Source of the DNA: Pirellula staleyi DSM 6068
GTDB lineage: Bacteria > Planctomycetota > Planctomycetia > Pirellulales > Pirellulaceae
Assembly: GCA_000025185.1 (NCBI GenBank)
Contig: CP001848.1
Span: 1,440,001-1,472,000, forward strand
Direction: 5' to 3'
Length of the DNA stretch: 32,000 bases
Shown: positions 9,702 through 17,502 of the stretch, in pieces
Position numbering within the stretch: position 1 is the first letter of the stretch
Layout of the letters: each line of letters opens with the position of its first letter
Notes under the pieces: model-generated
What the model was told of the DNA's origin: nothing
The model's input: only the letters and a program-made list of their open reading frames with translations
Database searches by the model: none
Translations under genes and position numbers: made by a program

Positions 9702-11099
9702 ATGACACAAAAATCGTGGCACCTGAATCGACGAAGCCTACTTCGAGGCGCAGGCGTGGCCCTGGCGCTGCCATACCTTAGCGCGATGGAAGGCTATTCG
9801 AAGACCGATGCCGACGCGGCAGAGACAAAAGCTCCCCAGCGATTTCTAGCGGCGTACATCTCCTACGGAGTGTACATGCCGGATGGCCAGAGTGGCGTCC
9901 CGCGCAAGAAACCCGACGGCACCTATGATCACCATGAGTGGAGCTGGTGGCCTCAGGGTTCACCGGGCAAGATCGAATCGTTCAACAAATCTTCGGAGCC
10001 GTTCGATCCACTCAAAGACCAGGTGACCTACCTCCGTGGTCTCGACCACAAGGGTGGTTACAAGATGGGTGGACATAGCAGTGGCGATGTCTTCCTCACC
10101 GGTGCCAACATGGCGGAGGTCGAGACAACCAATAACATCTCCATCGATCAGCTGATGGCCAAACACCTGGGGCACCTCACGCGCCATGACTCGCTTGTCA
10201 TGGGGACCGAAGGGGGCACCGGGTCGTACCAACGATCCAAAACGCTCTCGCACCGGGGTCCGGGCAAGCCGATCCCCTCGATGCACAAACCTCAGGAGAT
10301 TTTTAGCCGCCTGTTTAACCCCTACGGCGATCAGGGAATCGAGCAAGTGCGAGCCAGCCTGAAACGCGATGCGAGTATCCTCGACCTACTCACAGAGGAT
10401 AGTAAGAGTTTCCACGGCCAGCTGGGGGCCGAAGACAAGCGAAAGATGGAGGAGTATCTCGAATCCGTCCGTGAGATAGAAAAGCGGGTCGAGCGTACCA
10501 GCCAGTGGACCCACACTCCGTTGCCGGGCGTCGATACGAAAGGTGTGAACCTGGAAGTCAATCACGGGGGGCGACCAGCCGACTACATCCGCGTGATGTA
10601 CGACCTGGCTTACCTTGCTTTCGTCACCGACCAGACACGCGTCGCGACGTTCATGACCGAGAGTGAACACTCCCAGGACAGCGAGCTCTGGAACTATGCC
10701 AATTATGCGCTCGGCTACAAAGGTGCCACCCACGACATCGCCCACAAGCGGCCCGAGGTCATCTCCGGCCAGTGGGACAAGTGGCGCAACGAGAACCATG
10801 CCTATTTCCTCAAGCGACTGGCGAGCACGCAGGAGGGCAACGGCACGATGCTCGATAATACACTCGTCCTTTATGGATCAGCCCACCCGCACGCCTCGCA
10901 CAGTGGCATGAACTATCCGCTACAACTCTCCGGTGGCAAGAACATGGGCTTCCAACATGGCCAGCTGCACGAATTCGTCGACTACAAGAAGGTGCCGCTG
11001 GCCAACCTATTTGTCACCATGCTTCAGGCCATGGAAATCCCCGTTGATAAGTTCGCCGATAGCACTGGTACACTCAACCAACTGCTTCGAGCCAGCTAG
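9702..11099 (+). CDS. DUF1552 (HXXSHH-family) protein with a twin-arginine signal
   Basis: ATG at 9702 lies 2 nt after the upstream stop; a TTG at 9696 would overlap it. The TAT motif is NRRSLLRGAGVALALPYL. The C-terminal part carries the His-rich motif SAHPHASHSG. It pairs with the upstream DUF1592-type gene as expected for this family. Confidence 0.85.
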   Translation: MTQKSWHLNRRSLLRGAGVALALPYLSAMEGYSKTDADAAETKAPQRFLAAYISYGVYMPDGQSGVPRKKPDGTYDHHEWSWWPQGSPGKIESFNKSSEPFDPLKDQVTYLRGLDHKGGYKMGGHSSGDVFLTGANMAEVETTNNISIDQLMAKHLGHLTRHDSLVMGTEGGTGSYQRSKTLSHRGPGKPIPSMHKPQEIFSRLFNPYGDQGIEQVRASLKRDASILDLLTEDSKSFHGQLGAEDKRKMEEYLESVREIEKRVERTSQWTHTPLPGVDTKGVNLEVNHGGRPADYIRVMYDLAYLAFVTDQTRVATFMTESEHSQDSELWNYANYALGYKGATHDIAHKRPEVISGQWDKWRNENHAYFLKRLASTQEGNGTMLDNTLVLYGSAHPHASHSGMNYPLQLSGGKNMGFQHGQLHEFVDYKKVPLANLFVTMLQAMEIPVDKFADSTGTLNQLLRAS

Positions 11100-11470
11100 T
11101 GACTTTGTCGGTAGATTTGTGCGAGGAGGATGGTGACTTGGTCCCGTTCTTGCAAACTAGCCGTGGTGACCTACACGGCAAGTAGATTTCCCAGGGGATT
11201 GACCGCAATATTGGCCTTCGAACCCTACTTTTCGCACTATCATAGAACTTGCAAAGTTCGGTCTGTCGGGAGGCCCTAAGGTTGTGAAAAATCTTCGGCC
11301 AAGGTTGCAGGCCTGCCCGCTCAACGATCCGTTTCAGCTGAGTTCCGAGATTCTTCCCTGGTCCCCGATAGCTTGGGATGACGAACTCGGCTCACCTCCT
11401 CTGCAGCCCGACGCATCCAAGCTCAAAAAGTGCGTGGGGCTGTGCCGCCCATTGCGTTTAAGGCAATACT

Positions 11471-12355
11471 TTGGTGAACAGGAATTGGAAACTGCTGAAC
11501 GGTGAACTTCTCTTGCTTGATGGCGCAACCGGCACGGAGTTGAACCGACGCGGATTGGACACCGGCTTGCCAATGTGGTCGGCGAACGCGCTCACCACTG
11601 ATACCGGGCTGAATGTATTACGCCAGATTCATCTGGACTATTTGCAGGCGGGGGCGGACATCCTCACCGCCAACACCTTTCGCACGCATCGCCGCGCGCT
11701 GGCTAGCAAAGTGCACGCCGCACGCGAATTAACCATGCGCGCGGTGGCGACCGCCCAAGAGGCCATCGCCGAATTTGGTCAAGCAGCACAAGTGGCAGGC
11801 TCGGTGTCCCCACTCGAAGATTGTTATCGTCCCGACCTAGTGCCACCTGATGACATGTGCCGCGCCGAGCACTCCGAGCGCATCCAGCATCTCGTGGATG
11901 CGGGCGTTGACCTGCTGTTGATCGAGACGATGAGCTCGATTCGCGAAGCTGTGATTGCGGCCAAATTAGCGACGATCACCGGCCTGCCCACATTGGTCAG
12001 TTTTGTGTGCGACGGCGAAGGGCGAATCCTGTCTGGCGAACCGGTGGCGGTTGCCGCTGAGTTGTTGTTGCCGCTGGGGGTGAAGGCCCTGGGCGTGAAC
12101 TGCGGTCCGGCTCACACACTGGCTAAACCATTGGTAGAGTTGCGGAGGATCTGCGGCCCTGATTTTCCGCTCATTGCCTATGGTAACATTGGCTATGCCG
12201 ACGAGGCCCAAGGCTGGATCAACACGGACGCCGAAAGCCCGGAGAGTTACTTGCACCACGCTGAAACTTGGCCGGCGCAAATTTTAGGCGGCTGTTGTGG
12301 CACCACTCCGGCGCATATTCGCAGGCTAAGAGTCAGAAGCAACGATACGACCTGA
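11471..12355 (+). CDS. Homocysteine S-methyltransferase family protein (MmuM/YagD-like)
   Basis: LLLDGATGTEL, WSANAL and DYLQAGADILTANTF match the family. Zinc-ligand cysteines are in LGVNCGPAH and ILGGCCGTTPAHI. The start is uncertain (TTG 11471 or GTG 11474; there is no nearby ATG). Confidence 0.85.
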   Translation: MVNRNWKLLNGELLLLDGATGTELNRRGLDTGLPMWSANALTTDTGLNVLRQIHLDYLQAGADILTANTFRTHRRALASKVHAARELTMRAVATAQEAIAEFGQAAQVAGSVSPLEDCYRPDLVPPDDMCRAEHSERIQHLVDAGVDLLLIETMSSIREAVIAAKLATITGLPTLVSFVCDGEGRILSGEPVAVAAELLLPLGVKALGVNCGPAHTLAKPLVELRRICGPDFPLIAYGNIGYADEAQGWINTDAESPESYLHHAETWPAQILGGCCGTTPAHIRRLRVRSNDTT

Positions 12356-12423
12356 AACAAACTACGTCGCTCCTGCGCTGGGTTGTTCGGCCACCAAATA
12401 CCAACCATGACGAGAATCCAACG

Positions 12424-15129
12424 ATGACTACACGATACTGGATGCTTCCACTGGTTAGCCTGTTGTTTCTTTGCCATGCGTCGCCATCACACGCGCAGGT
12501 CGATTACGGCAAGGTTAGCCCGTGGGATCAACGAGCGGAATCGGGACCGGACGCGCAAGTGCCTGGCTGGTTCTACAACCTCGGCATCACCGGGTTGCGG
12601 GCACAATTGGTGGCCGACGAACCGAAGGCCTTGCTGATCAAGTATGTCTTCCCTAAGTCGCCTGCGGATGGCCAAGTCAAGATCGGCGACCTGATCGTCG
12701 GCGCGGGCGGAAGGATGTTCCAAGAGGATCACCGCAACGGATATGGTGAGAAAGTGTTCGGGGCCGACGGGCCGATCTCGGAACTCGCTCAGGTGCTCGA
12801 AGAGTGTCAAAGCGCCGATCGCAAAGGAAAGCTCACACTCACGCTACGGCGCGGCAATCAAATCGTTGACGTCAGCCTGGATGTCGGAACCAAGTACGGA
12901 ACGTTTGCTCCCACGTTCCCCAGCGACTGCCGAAAGTCGGACCTGATACTCGCCGAGCTGCTTCAGTACCTTGTAGACCATCAGCGGCAGGATGGCTCCT
13001 TCGGCGACCCAGTTCATGACACGTTCGCGCCGCTGGCCTTACTAGCAAGTGGTGAAGCGAAGTACCTGCCGGCCGTCGAGCGGAACGTGAAGTATCACTG
13101 CGGCGTGACCAAGGCGAAAGACTTGGGGTTGCCCAACTGGTACTACATGAGCACTGCGATTGTCCTCAGCGAGTACCACCTCGCAACCGGCGACAGATCG
13201 GTGTTGCCAGACCTTCAGAAGGTTCACGATCTGATGGCGAAGGGGCAGTACCTGCACATGTCGCAGATTAATCCGCAGGCGAAGAAATCTCACCCGGATT
13301 CGTTCCCAAAAGGGCCGCAGGATTCGCACGGCGGCTGGGGCCACAACCCGGGCTTTGAAGGGTATGGTCCAATTGCCATGCTCACTGGCCAAGGGGCGCT
13401 GTCGTATTCCCTCATGCACCGCTGCGGGATCACGATCGATCGCATGAATCACGATGCCGCGTATGACTTCCTCAAACGGGGAACGGGGGAGAACGGCTAT
13501 GTCTGGTACGGCGATCAAAAGGGCGGAGGTCCGGACAACTGGGCCGACATGGGCAGAACCGGTGCTGCAGGCATCGCGAACTTCCTCAGCCCTTACAACG
13601 GCAACGCCTATCGGGAGCGAGCGCTTTCGCATGCCAAGGTGATCGGTGCACACCCGCAGAGCTTCCCCGACACCCACGGTTCGCCGATGATGGGCATGGC
13701 CTACACGGCGCTCGCCGCGAGCGTCGACGCCGACAGCTTCCGCAAACTCATGGACGCGAACCGCTGGTGGTTCACGCTGGCCCATTGCACCGACGGCAGT
13801 TTTTACTATCAACCGAATCGTGACAACTCCTACTATGGCTCTGACTCTCGGACACTCGCCTCATCGGTGACGGCGTTCATCCTGACAATTCCCAAGCGTG
13901 GCTTGGTAATGACCGGCAAGGAAGAGAGGGGTGTTCCCAAGCCGGTTTCTAAGGCTGGCAACTCGGCTAAGCCGCTCAAGGTGTTTATCCTCGCCGGACA
14001 GTCGAACATGCAGGGTCACGCCGCCATCTCGACGTTCGACTCGCTCGCGGATGACCCGCAGACAGCACCGCTCCTAAAGACGATGCGCGGTCCCGATGGC
14101 AAACCACGCATCTGCGAAAAGGTCTGGATCTCATCGGTCGGTTGCCTTGGCGACGCCTACTCCGATCTGACCGAGGCGAAAGGGAAACTGACGGCCGGGT
14201 TTGGTGCCCCCGAGCATAAAATCGGCCCAGAGTTCACCTTCGGCCTGACCATGGAGCAGCGGCTCAGCGAGCCCGTGCTTATCATCAAGACCTCTTGGGG
14301 AGGACGAAGTTTGCACACCGATTTCCGCCCGCCGAGCGCGGGGCCTTTCGTCCTGGCAAAGGAAACTCAGGAACTTTGGGACAAGCATCCCGAGGGTGCC
14401 CACGGCATTCCGAAAGCCGAGGATCGGCCCAAGTTTTATGCCGAAAAGACCGCCGCCACCGGCGTTTTCTACCGCGAGATGATCGCGCACGTGAAAATGG
14501 TGCTTAAGGATATCAAGCGGGTGGTGCCCGACTACGACGAGAATCAGGGGTACGAGTTGGCCGGGTTCGTCTGGTTCCAAGGATTCAATGATTATGTTGA
14601 CGGCGGGGTGTACCCCAAGCAGAACACGGCAGGCGGGTATGAGTTGTACGCCGATCTGCTCGGCCACTTTATCCGCGACGTGCGAAAAGACCTGTCTGCC
14701 CCGAAGCTGCCGTTTGTCATCGGCGTCATGGGCATCGACGGTATGAGGGGCAACAAAATTGGCCCAATGATGCACTTCCGCGAAGCCCAGCGTAAACCGT
14801 CGACCCTCGACGAGTTCAAAGGCAACGTGTTCGCTGTGGAGACAGCGCCGTTCTGGGACGACGACCTGGAGGCTTTTGTCGAGCGGAAGGAGCGGGTGTA
14901 CGACAAACTGGAACAGGAGTTCCGTAAGGCGAATCCGATGCCCACCGAGCCCAAGAAGGAAGCTGCCCGCAAGAAGGCCCTGGACGAAGAGTTCAAGCCG
15001 GACGAGTTGAAGCGGCTCAGCACAGGCGTGTCCAACGGCGGCTACCACTACCTCGGTGCTGCCAAGATCATGGCACCCATCGGAAAGGAGTTCGCCGAAG
15101 CTCTCGTCGGAGTCGATGCGGTCAAATAG
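12424..15129 (+). CDS. Secreted 901-aa multidomain protein: PDZ-like domain, prenyltransferase/terpene-cyclase-like alpha/alpha toroid, and C-terminal SASA-family esterase
   Basis: ATG at 12424 with signal peptide MTTRYWMLPLVSLLFLCHASPSHA. PDZ-like segment is LLIKYVFPKSPADGQVKIGDLIVGAGG. Q-x-x-DGSF type repeats are HQRQDGSFGD and CTDGSFYY. The C-terminal part has KVFILAGQSNMQGHA and VWFQGFND. The ORF-track start at 12268 overlaps the previous gene. Confidence 0.8.
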   Translation: MTTRYWMLPLVSLLFLCHASPSHAQVDYGKVSPWDQRAESGPDAQVPGWFYNLGITGLRAQLVADEPKALLIKYVFPKSPADGQVKIGDLIVGAGGRMFQEDHRNGYGEKVFGADGPISELAQVLEECQSADRKGKLTLTLRRGNQIVDVSLDVGTKYGTFAPTFPSDCRKSDLILAELLQYLVDHQRQDGSFGDPVHDTFAPLALLASGEAKYLPAVERNVKYHCGVTKAKDLGLPNWYYMSTAIVLSEYHLATGDRSVLPDLQKVHDLMAKGQYLHMSQINPQAKKSHPDSFPKGPQDSHGGWGHNPGFEGYGPIAMLTGQGALSYSLMHRCGITIDRMNHDAAYDFLKRGTGENGYVWYGDQKGGGPDNWADMGRTGAAGIANFLSPYNGNAYRERALSHAKVIGAHPQSFPDTHGSPMMGMAYTALAASVDADSFRKLMDANRWWFTLAHCTDGSFYYQPNRDNSYYGSDSRTLASSVTAFILTIPKRGLVMTGKEERGVPKPVSKAGNSAKPLKVFILAGQSNMQGHAAISTFDSLADDPQTAPLLKTMRGPDGKPRICEKVWISSVGCLGDAYSDLTEAKGKLTAGFGAPEHKIGPEFTFGLTMEQRLSEPVLIIKTSWGGRSLHTDFRPPSAGPFVLAKETQELWDKHPEGAHGIPKAEDRPKFYAEKTAATGVFYREMIAHVKMVLKDIKRVVPDYDENQGYELAGFVWFQGFNDYVDGGVYPKQNTAGGYELYADLLGHFIRDVRKDLSAPKLPFVIGVMGIDGMRGNKIGPMMHFREAQRKPSTLDEFKGNVFAVETAPFWDDDLEAFVERKERVYDKLEQEFRKANPMPTEPKKEAARKKALDEEFKPDELKRLSTGVSNGGYHYLGAAKIMAPIGKEFAEALVGVDAVK

Positions 15130-15143
15130 CGCGCAGCCGTTGG

Positions 15144-15938
15144 TTACTCCACCTTAGCCAAGAGTGGCAGTCGTTCACGAGTCGATACTACTACCCCGCC
15201 TGGCTTTTCGATGGTAATGGCGAACATGAAGGGGTCTTGGACATATAGCTTCGCATTGATTGGGATGATGACTTCTTCGGTTGATGTGATATCGAACACC
15301 CCGCCATCAATCGGCGTCTTGTCACTCTGATTTTTGTCGAAAATCCAGAGCTGATACTGTTCTTTGGTGGGCGTGTTTACCGGCAACCCTCGAAAGCGCA
15401 TGAACCCCTGTTGCTGCGGAGCACTCCAGACCACGTCGCCTGTTGCACCATCGCTGGGCGTAGGCCCTGGAGACCATTTTGCTTGCACAAGGCCTTGATT
15501 CGCAGCGATCAATTCCGCTCGCAGTTGAGCGACGTCAGGGCGTACTGTGTCCGTCGGTCGGTTAGCGATCCAAGTAAAAACCGCAAGCATCAGGCAGATC
15601 GCTGAAACAAACCAAGGGAGATAGTTTTTTCCACGAAGCGTCGTTGCCGGGTAGGTGGAGGGTTTGGCTAACGAGACAACAGGCTTTGCATCCAACTCTT
15701 GCGAGGCTCGAATTCGAATCGCTTTGCGCAGATGTTCCGGCAGTGGTTCCGATTGCGTGTCCGACCAAACCACATCAAGGGAAGCGACCACCGTGTCCAA
15801 CTGATTGAGTTCTTCGGCAGTGATTTCACGGGTCAACTCGTCGTACTCCGTTTTTTCTTCTGCGGTCAGGCCAAACAGCAGGTGTGCCGTCTGTAGATCT
15901 TGCCAGCGATTCGCGTCCGGGGTTGGGTGTTTGCTCAT
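15144..15938 (-). CDS. Membrane anti-sigma factor with a C-terminal RskA (anti-sigma-K) domain
   Basis: ATGA overlap with the sigma gene at 15935-15938. One TM helix, YLPWFVSAICLMLAVFTWI. RskA-type extracytoplasmic domain reads EQYQLWIFDK...PIDGGVFD...FAITIEKPGGVVVSTRERLPLLA. No H-x3-C-x2-C zinc motif in the N-terminus. Confidence 0.85.
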   Translation of the reverse strand: MSKHPTPDANRWQDLQTAHLLFGLTAEEKTEYDELTREITAEELNQLDTVVASLDVVWSDTQSEPLPEHLRKAIRIRASQELDAKPVVSLAKPSTYPATTLRGKNYLPWFVSAICLMLAVFTWIANRPTDTVRPDVAQLRAELIAANQGLVQAKWSPGPTPSDGATGDVVWSAPQQQGFMRFRGLPVNTPTKEQYQLWIFDKNQSDKTPIDGGVFDITSTEEVIIPINAKLYVQDPFMFAITIEKPGGVVVSTRERLPLLAKVE

Positions 15939-16501
15939 AGCGCTTCGACTCCTTCAAGACGCCGCTGGCTGCGGACTTGCATGCAATTTCGGAGTTGTAA
16001 CAACCCACGCCGTGCGTGCGTCTTTACCGTCCCCAGAGCTAGCCCCGTTTGTTCGGCAATTCGCGATTGCGGCAAGCCATGATAGATGGAGAGTTCGAGT
16101 ACTTTCCGTTCGTCGCTCCTTAGTCCCTCGAGGCAAACCACGGCACGCGCCCCTTCCTCGGCCAATTCCATGTTTGACGTTTGCGGGGGAGCCGCATATT
16201 GCAACGCGAGTTCGTCGATCGGTTGGGATTCCAGTTCGCGGCGCGATTTACGCAGCCGATCGATCAATCGACGACGGGCGAGCATGGCCACGAAGTTCGG
16301 TTCACTGGCGAGGTCTTCGCGAAACCGATCCGCATTTTTCCACAAGTCAACGAAGATCTCTTGTACGGCGTCTTCTGCATCGGCTACCGAGGAGGAGAGT
16401 CGGCGGGCAAGCGACCAGACAAGGCCACCATATCGGTCGATACATTCGTCAACCGCCCGGGTATCACCACTGGCAATGCGTGTTAACAGCGGCACTTGCA
16501 A
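15935..16501 (-). CDS. ECF (group 4) sigma-70 family RNA polymerase sigma factor
   Basis: Region 2 is DAEDAVQEIFVDLWKNADRF. Region 4 HTH is LPQSRIAEQTGLALGTVKTHARRGLLQLR. TTG start at 16501 with GGAGG 5 nt upstream. Confidence 0.9.
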   Translation of the reverse strand: MQVPLLTRIASGDTRAVDECIDRYGGLVWSLARRLSSSVADAEDAVQEIFVDLWKNADRFREDLASEPNFVAMLARRRLIDRLRKSRRELESQPIDELALQYAAPPQTSNMELAEEGARAVVCLEGLRSDERKVLELSIYHGLPQSRIAEQTGLALGTVKTHARRGLLQLRNCMQVRSQRRLEGVEAL

Positions 16502-16531
16502 ATCAACCTCCTCTCACAAAGCGTGAAATGA

Positions 16532-16561
16532 GGCGAGGTCGGTAAGCATACCAACCTCGCC
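16532..16561 (-). terminator. Stem-loop between the fasciclin gene and the sigma gene (terminator-like)
   Basis: On the minus strand: GGCGAGGUUGGUA-UGCU-UACCGACCUCGCC, a 13-bp stem with one G-U pair. It begins 27 nt after the fasciclin stop and is followed by UCAUUUCACGCUUUG. The tail is only moderately U-rich. Confidence 0.5.
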
Positions 16562-16587
16562 ATGGTTTTCCACGATCGAGCTGCCTA

Positions 16588-17073
16588 CTACTTGGGCAGG
16601 ATCACCGCATCAATTACGTGAATAACTCCGTTGCTGGTCTCAATGTCGGTGTTCACAACATTGGCACCATCGACACTCACCTTTCCCTCGTTAACCGCAA
16701 TCTTCACCGCAGAGCCTTGCACGGTCTTGGCCTCGGTGAGCTTCACAACGTCTTTGGCCAAAACTTTCCCCGGCACAACGTGATAGGTCAGAATGGCAAC
16801 CAACTTTTGCTTGTTCTCGGGCTTCAGTAACGATTCCACTGTTCCTTGGGGAAGCTTGGCAAAAGCTTCGTCGGTCGGTGCGAATACGGTGAACGGCCCC
16901 TTGCCCTTCAGGGTTTCAACGAGGTCGGCCGCTTGCACAGCAGCGACCAGCGTCTTGAAGCTACCAGCTCCTACCGCCGTATCCACAATATCCTTCTGGT
17001 CCTCGGCAACTGCCAATACCGAGGCTCCCAAAACAACAACTAACGACAAGACACTGGCAACAAACGATTTCAT
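16588..17073 (-). CDS. Secreted single-domain fasciclin (FAS1) protein
   Basis: Signal peptide [26 protein letters not shown]1 motifs are [38 protein letters not shown] and [13 protein letters not shown]. Confidence 0.92.
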   Translation of the reverse strand: MKSFVASVLSLVVVLGASVLAVAEDQKDIVDTAVGAGSFKTLVAAVQAADLVETLKGKGPFTVFAPTDEAFAKLPQGTVESLLKPENKQKLVAILTYHVVPGKVLAKDVVKLTEAKTVQGSAVKIAVNEGKVSVDGANVVNTDIETSNGVIHVIDAVILPK

Positions 17074-17502
17074 GTTCAGATTCCTTTTCTCAGTCGTACA
17101 AAGTTTTCAGGGTGAAAAAACGATTCCGTCGACACTTCTGAGCGGCTCGTAAGGTTATTCGCAGAACATTGGCCGGCGGATTCAAAATAAAATCGAAAAA
17201 CAACTGCTTGTCACGGATTCAACGACGGACCCCCACCCCTCGCCGCCGCGTGATAGATCACTGCTTAGTAGCTAAGGCAACGACGGTTGTTTCATGCGTA
17301 CTTGAACAAGCCGAGCAAGAGCCCCTTGTCATGAAAAAAGTTTCCTCAACCCTTTTCCTTGTCCCAAGGTCAAACGAAATGATCGGCTATTTTCTGGAAA
17401 AACCATTTTTTTGAATCCGCGATCTTGATTCCCGCGAACACTTTATCGTGCCCCACTTGGGGGTCAGACAGAAAGACCAAACAACCAAGCGGAACCACGT
17501 AA

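Noticed and set aside
11213-11228. A TTCGAA-containing string (ggccTTCGAAccctac) resembling a tRNA T-loop.
   Set aside because: The flanking bases do not form a T-stem, an acceptor stem or an anticodon arm on either strand. It is not a tRNA.
11284-11505. A 73-aa ORF (GTG start) in the gap before the methyltransferase gene, and the 79-aa minus-strand ORF 11334..11573.
   Set aside because: Neither has a ribosome-binding site or a recognisable motif. One runs into the methyltransferase start and its composition is not protein-like. I treat the region as non-coding leader.
16564-16573. A possible shared ECF -35-like element, GAAAAC. It occurs on the minus strand upstream of the sigma gene (16564-16573) and upstream of the fasciclin gene (17102-17110).
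   Set aside because: No matching -10 (CGT-type) element sits at a 16-17 nt spacing in either case, and a 6-mer shared twice is not significant. It is left as something to test, not called.
17331-17414. A 27-aa ORF, MKKVSSTLFLVPRSNEMIGYFLEKPFF, in the divergent intergenic region. The 81-aa TTG-start ORF 17169..17414 contains it.
   Set aside because: There is no Shine-Dalgarno sequence, no conservation evidence is available and it matches no known peptide family.
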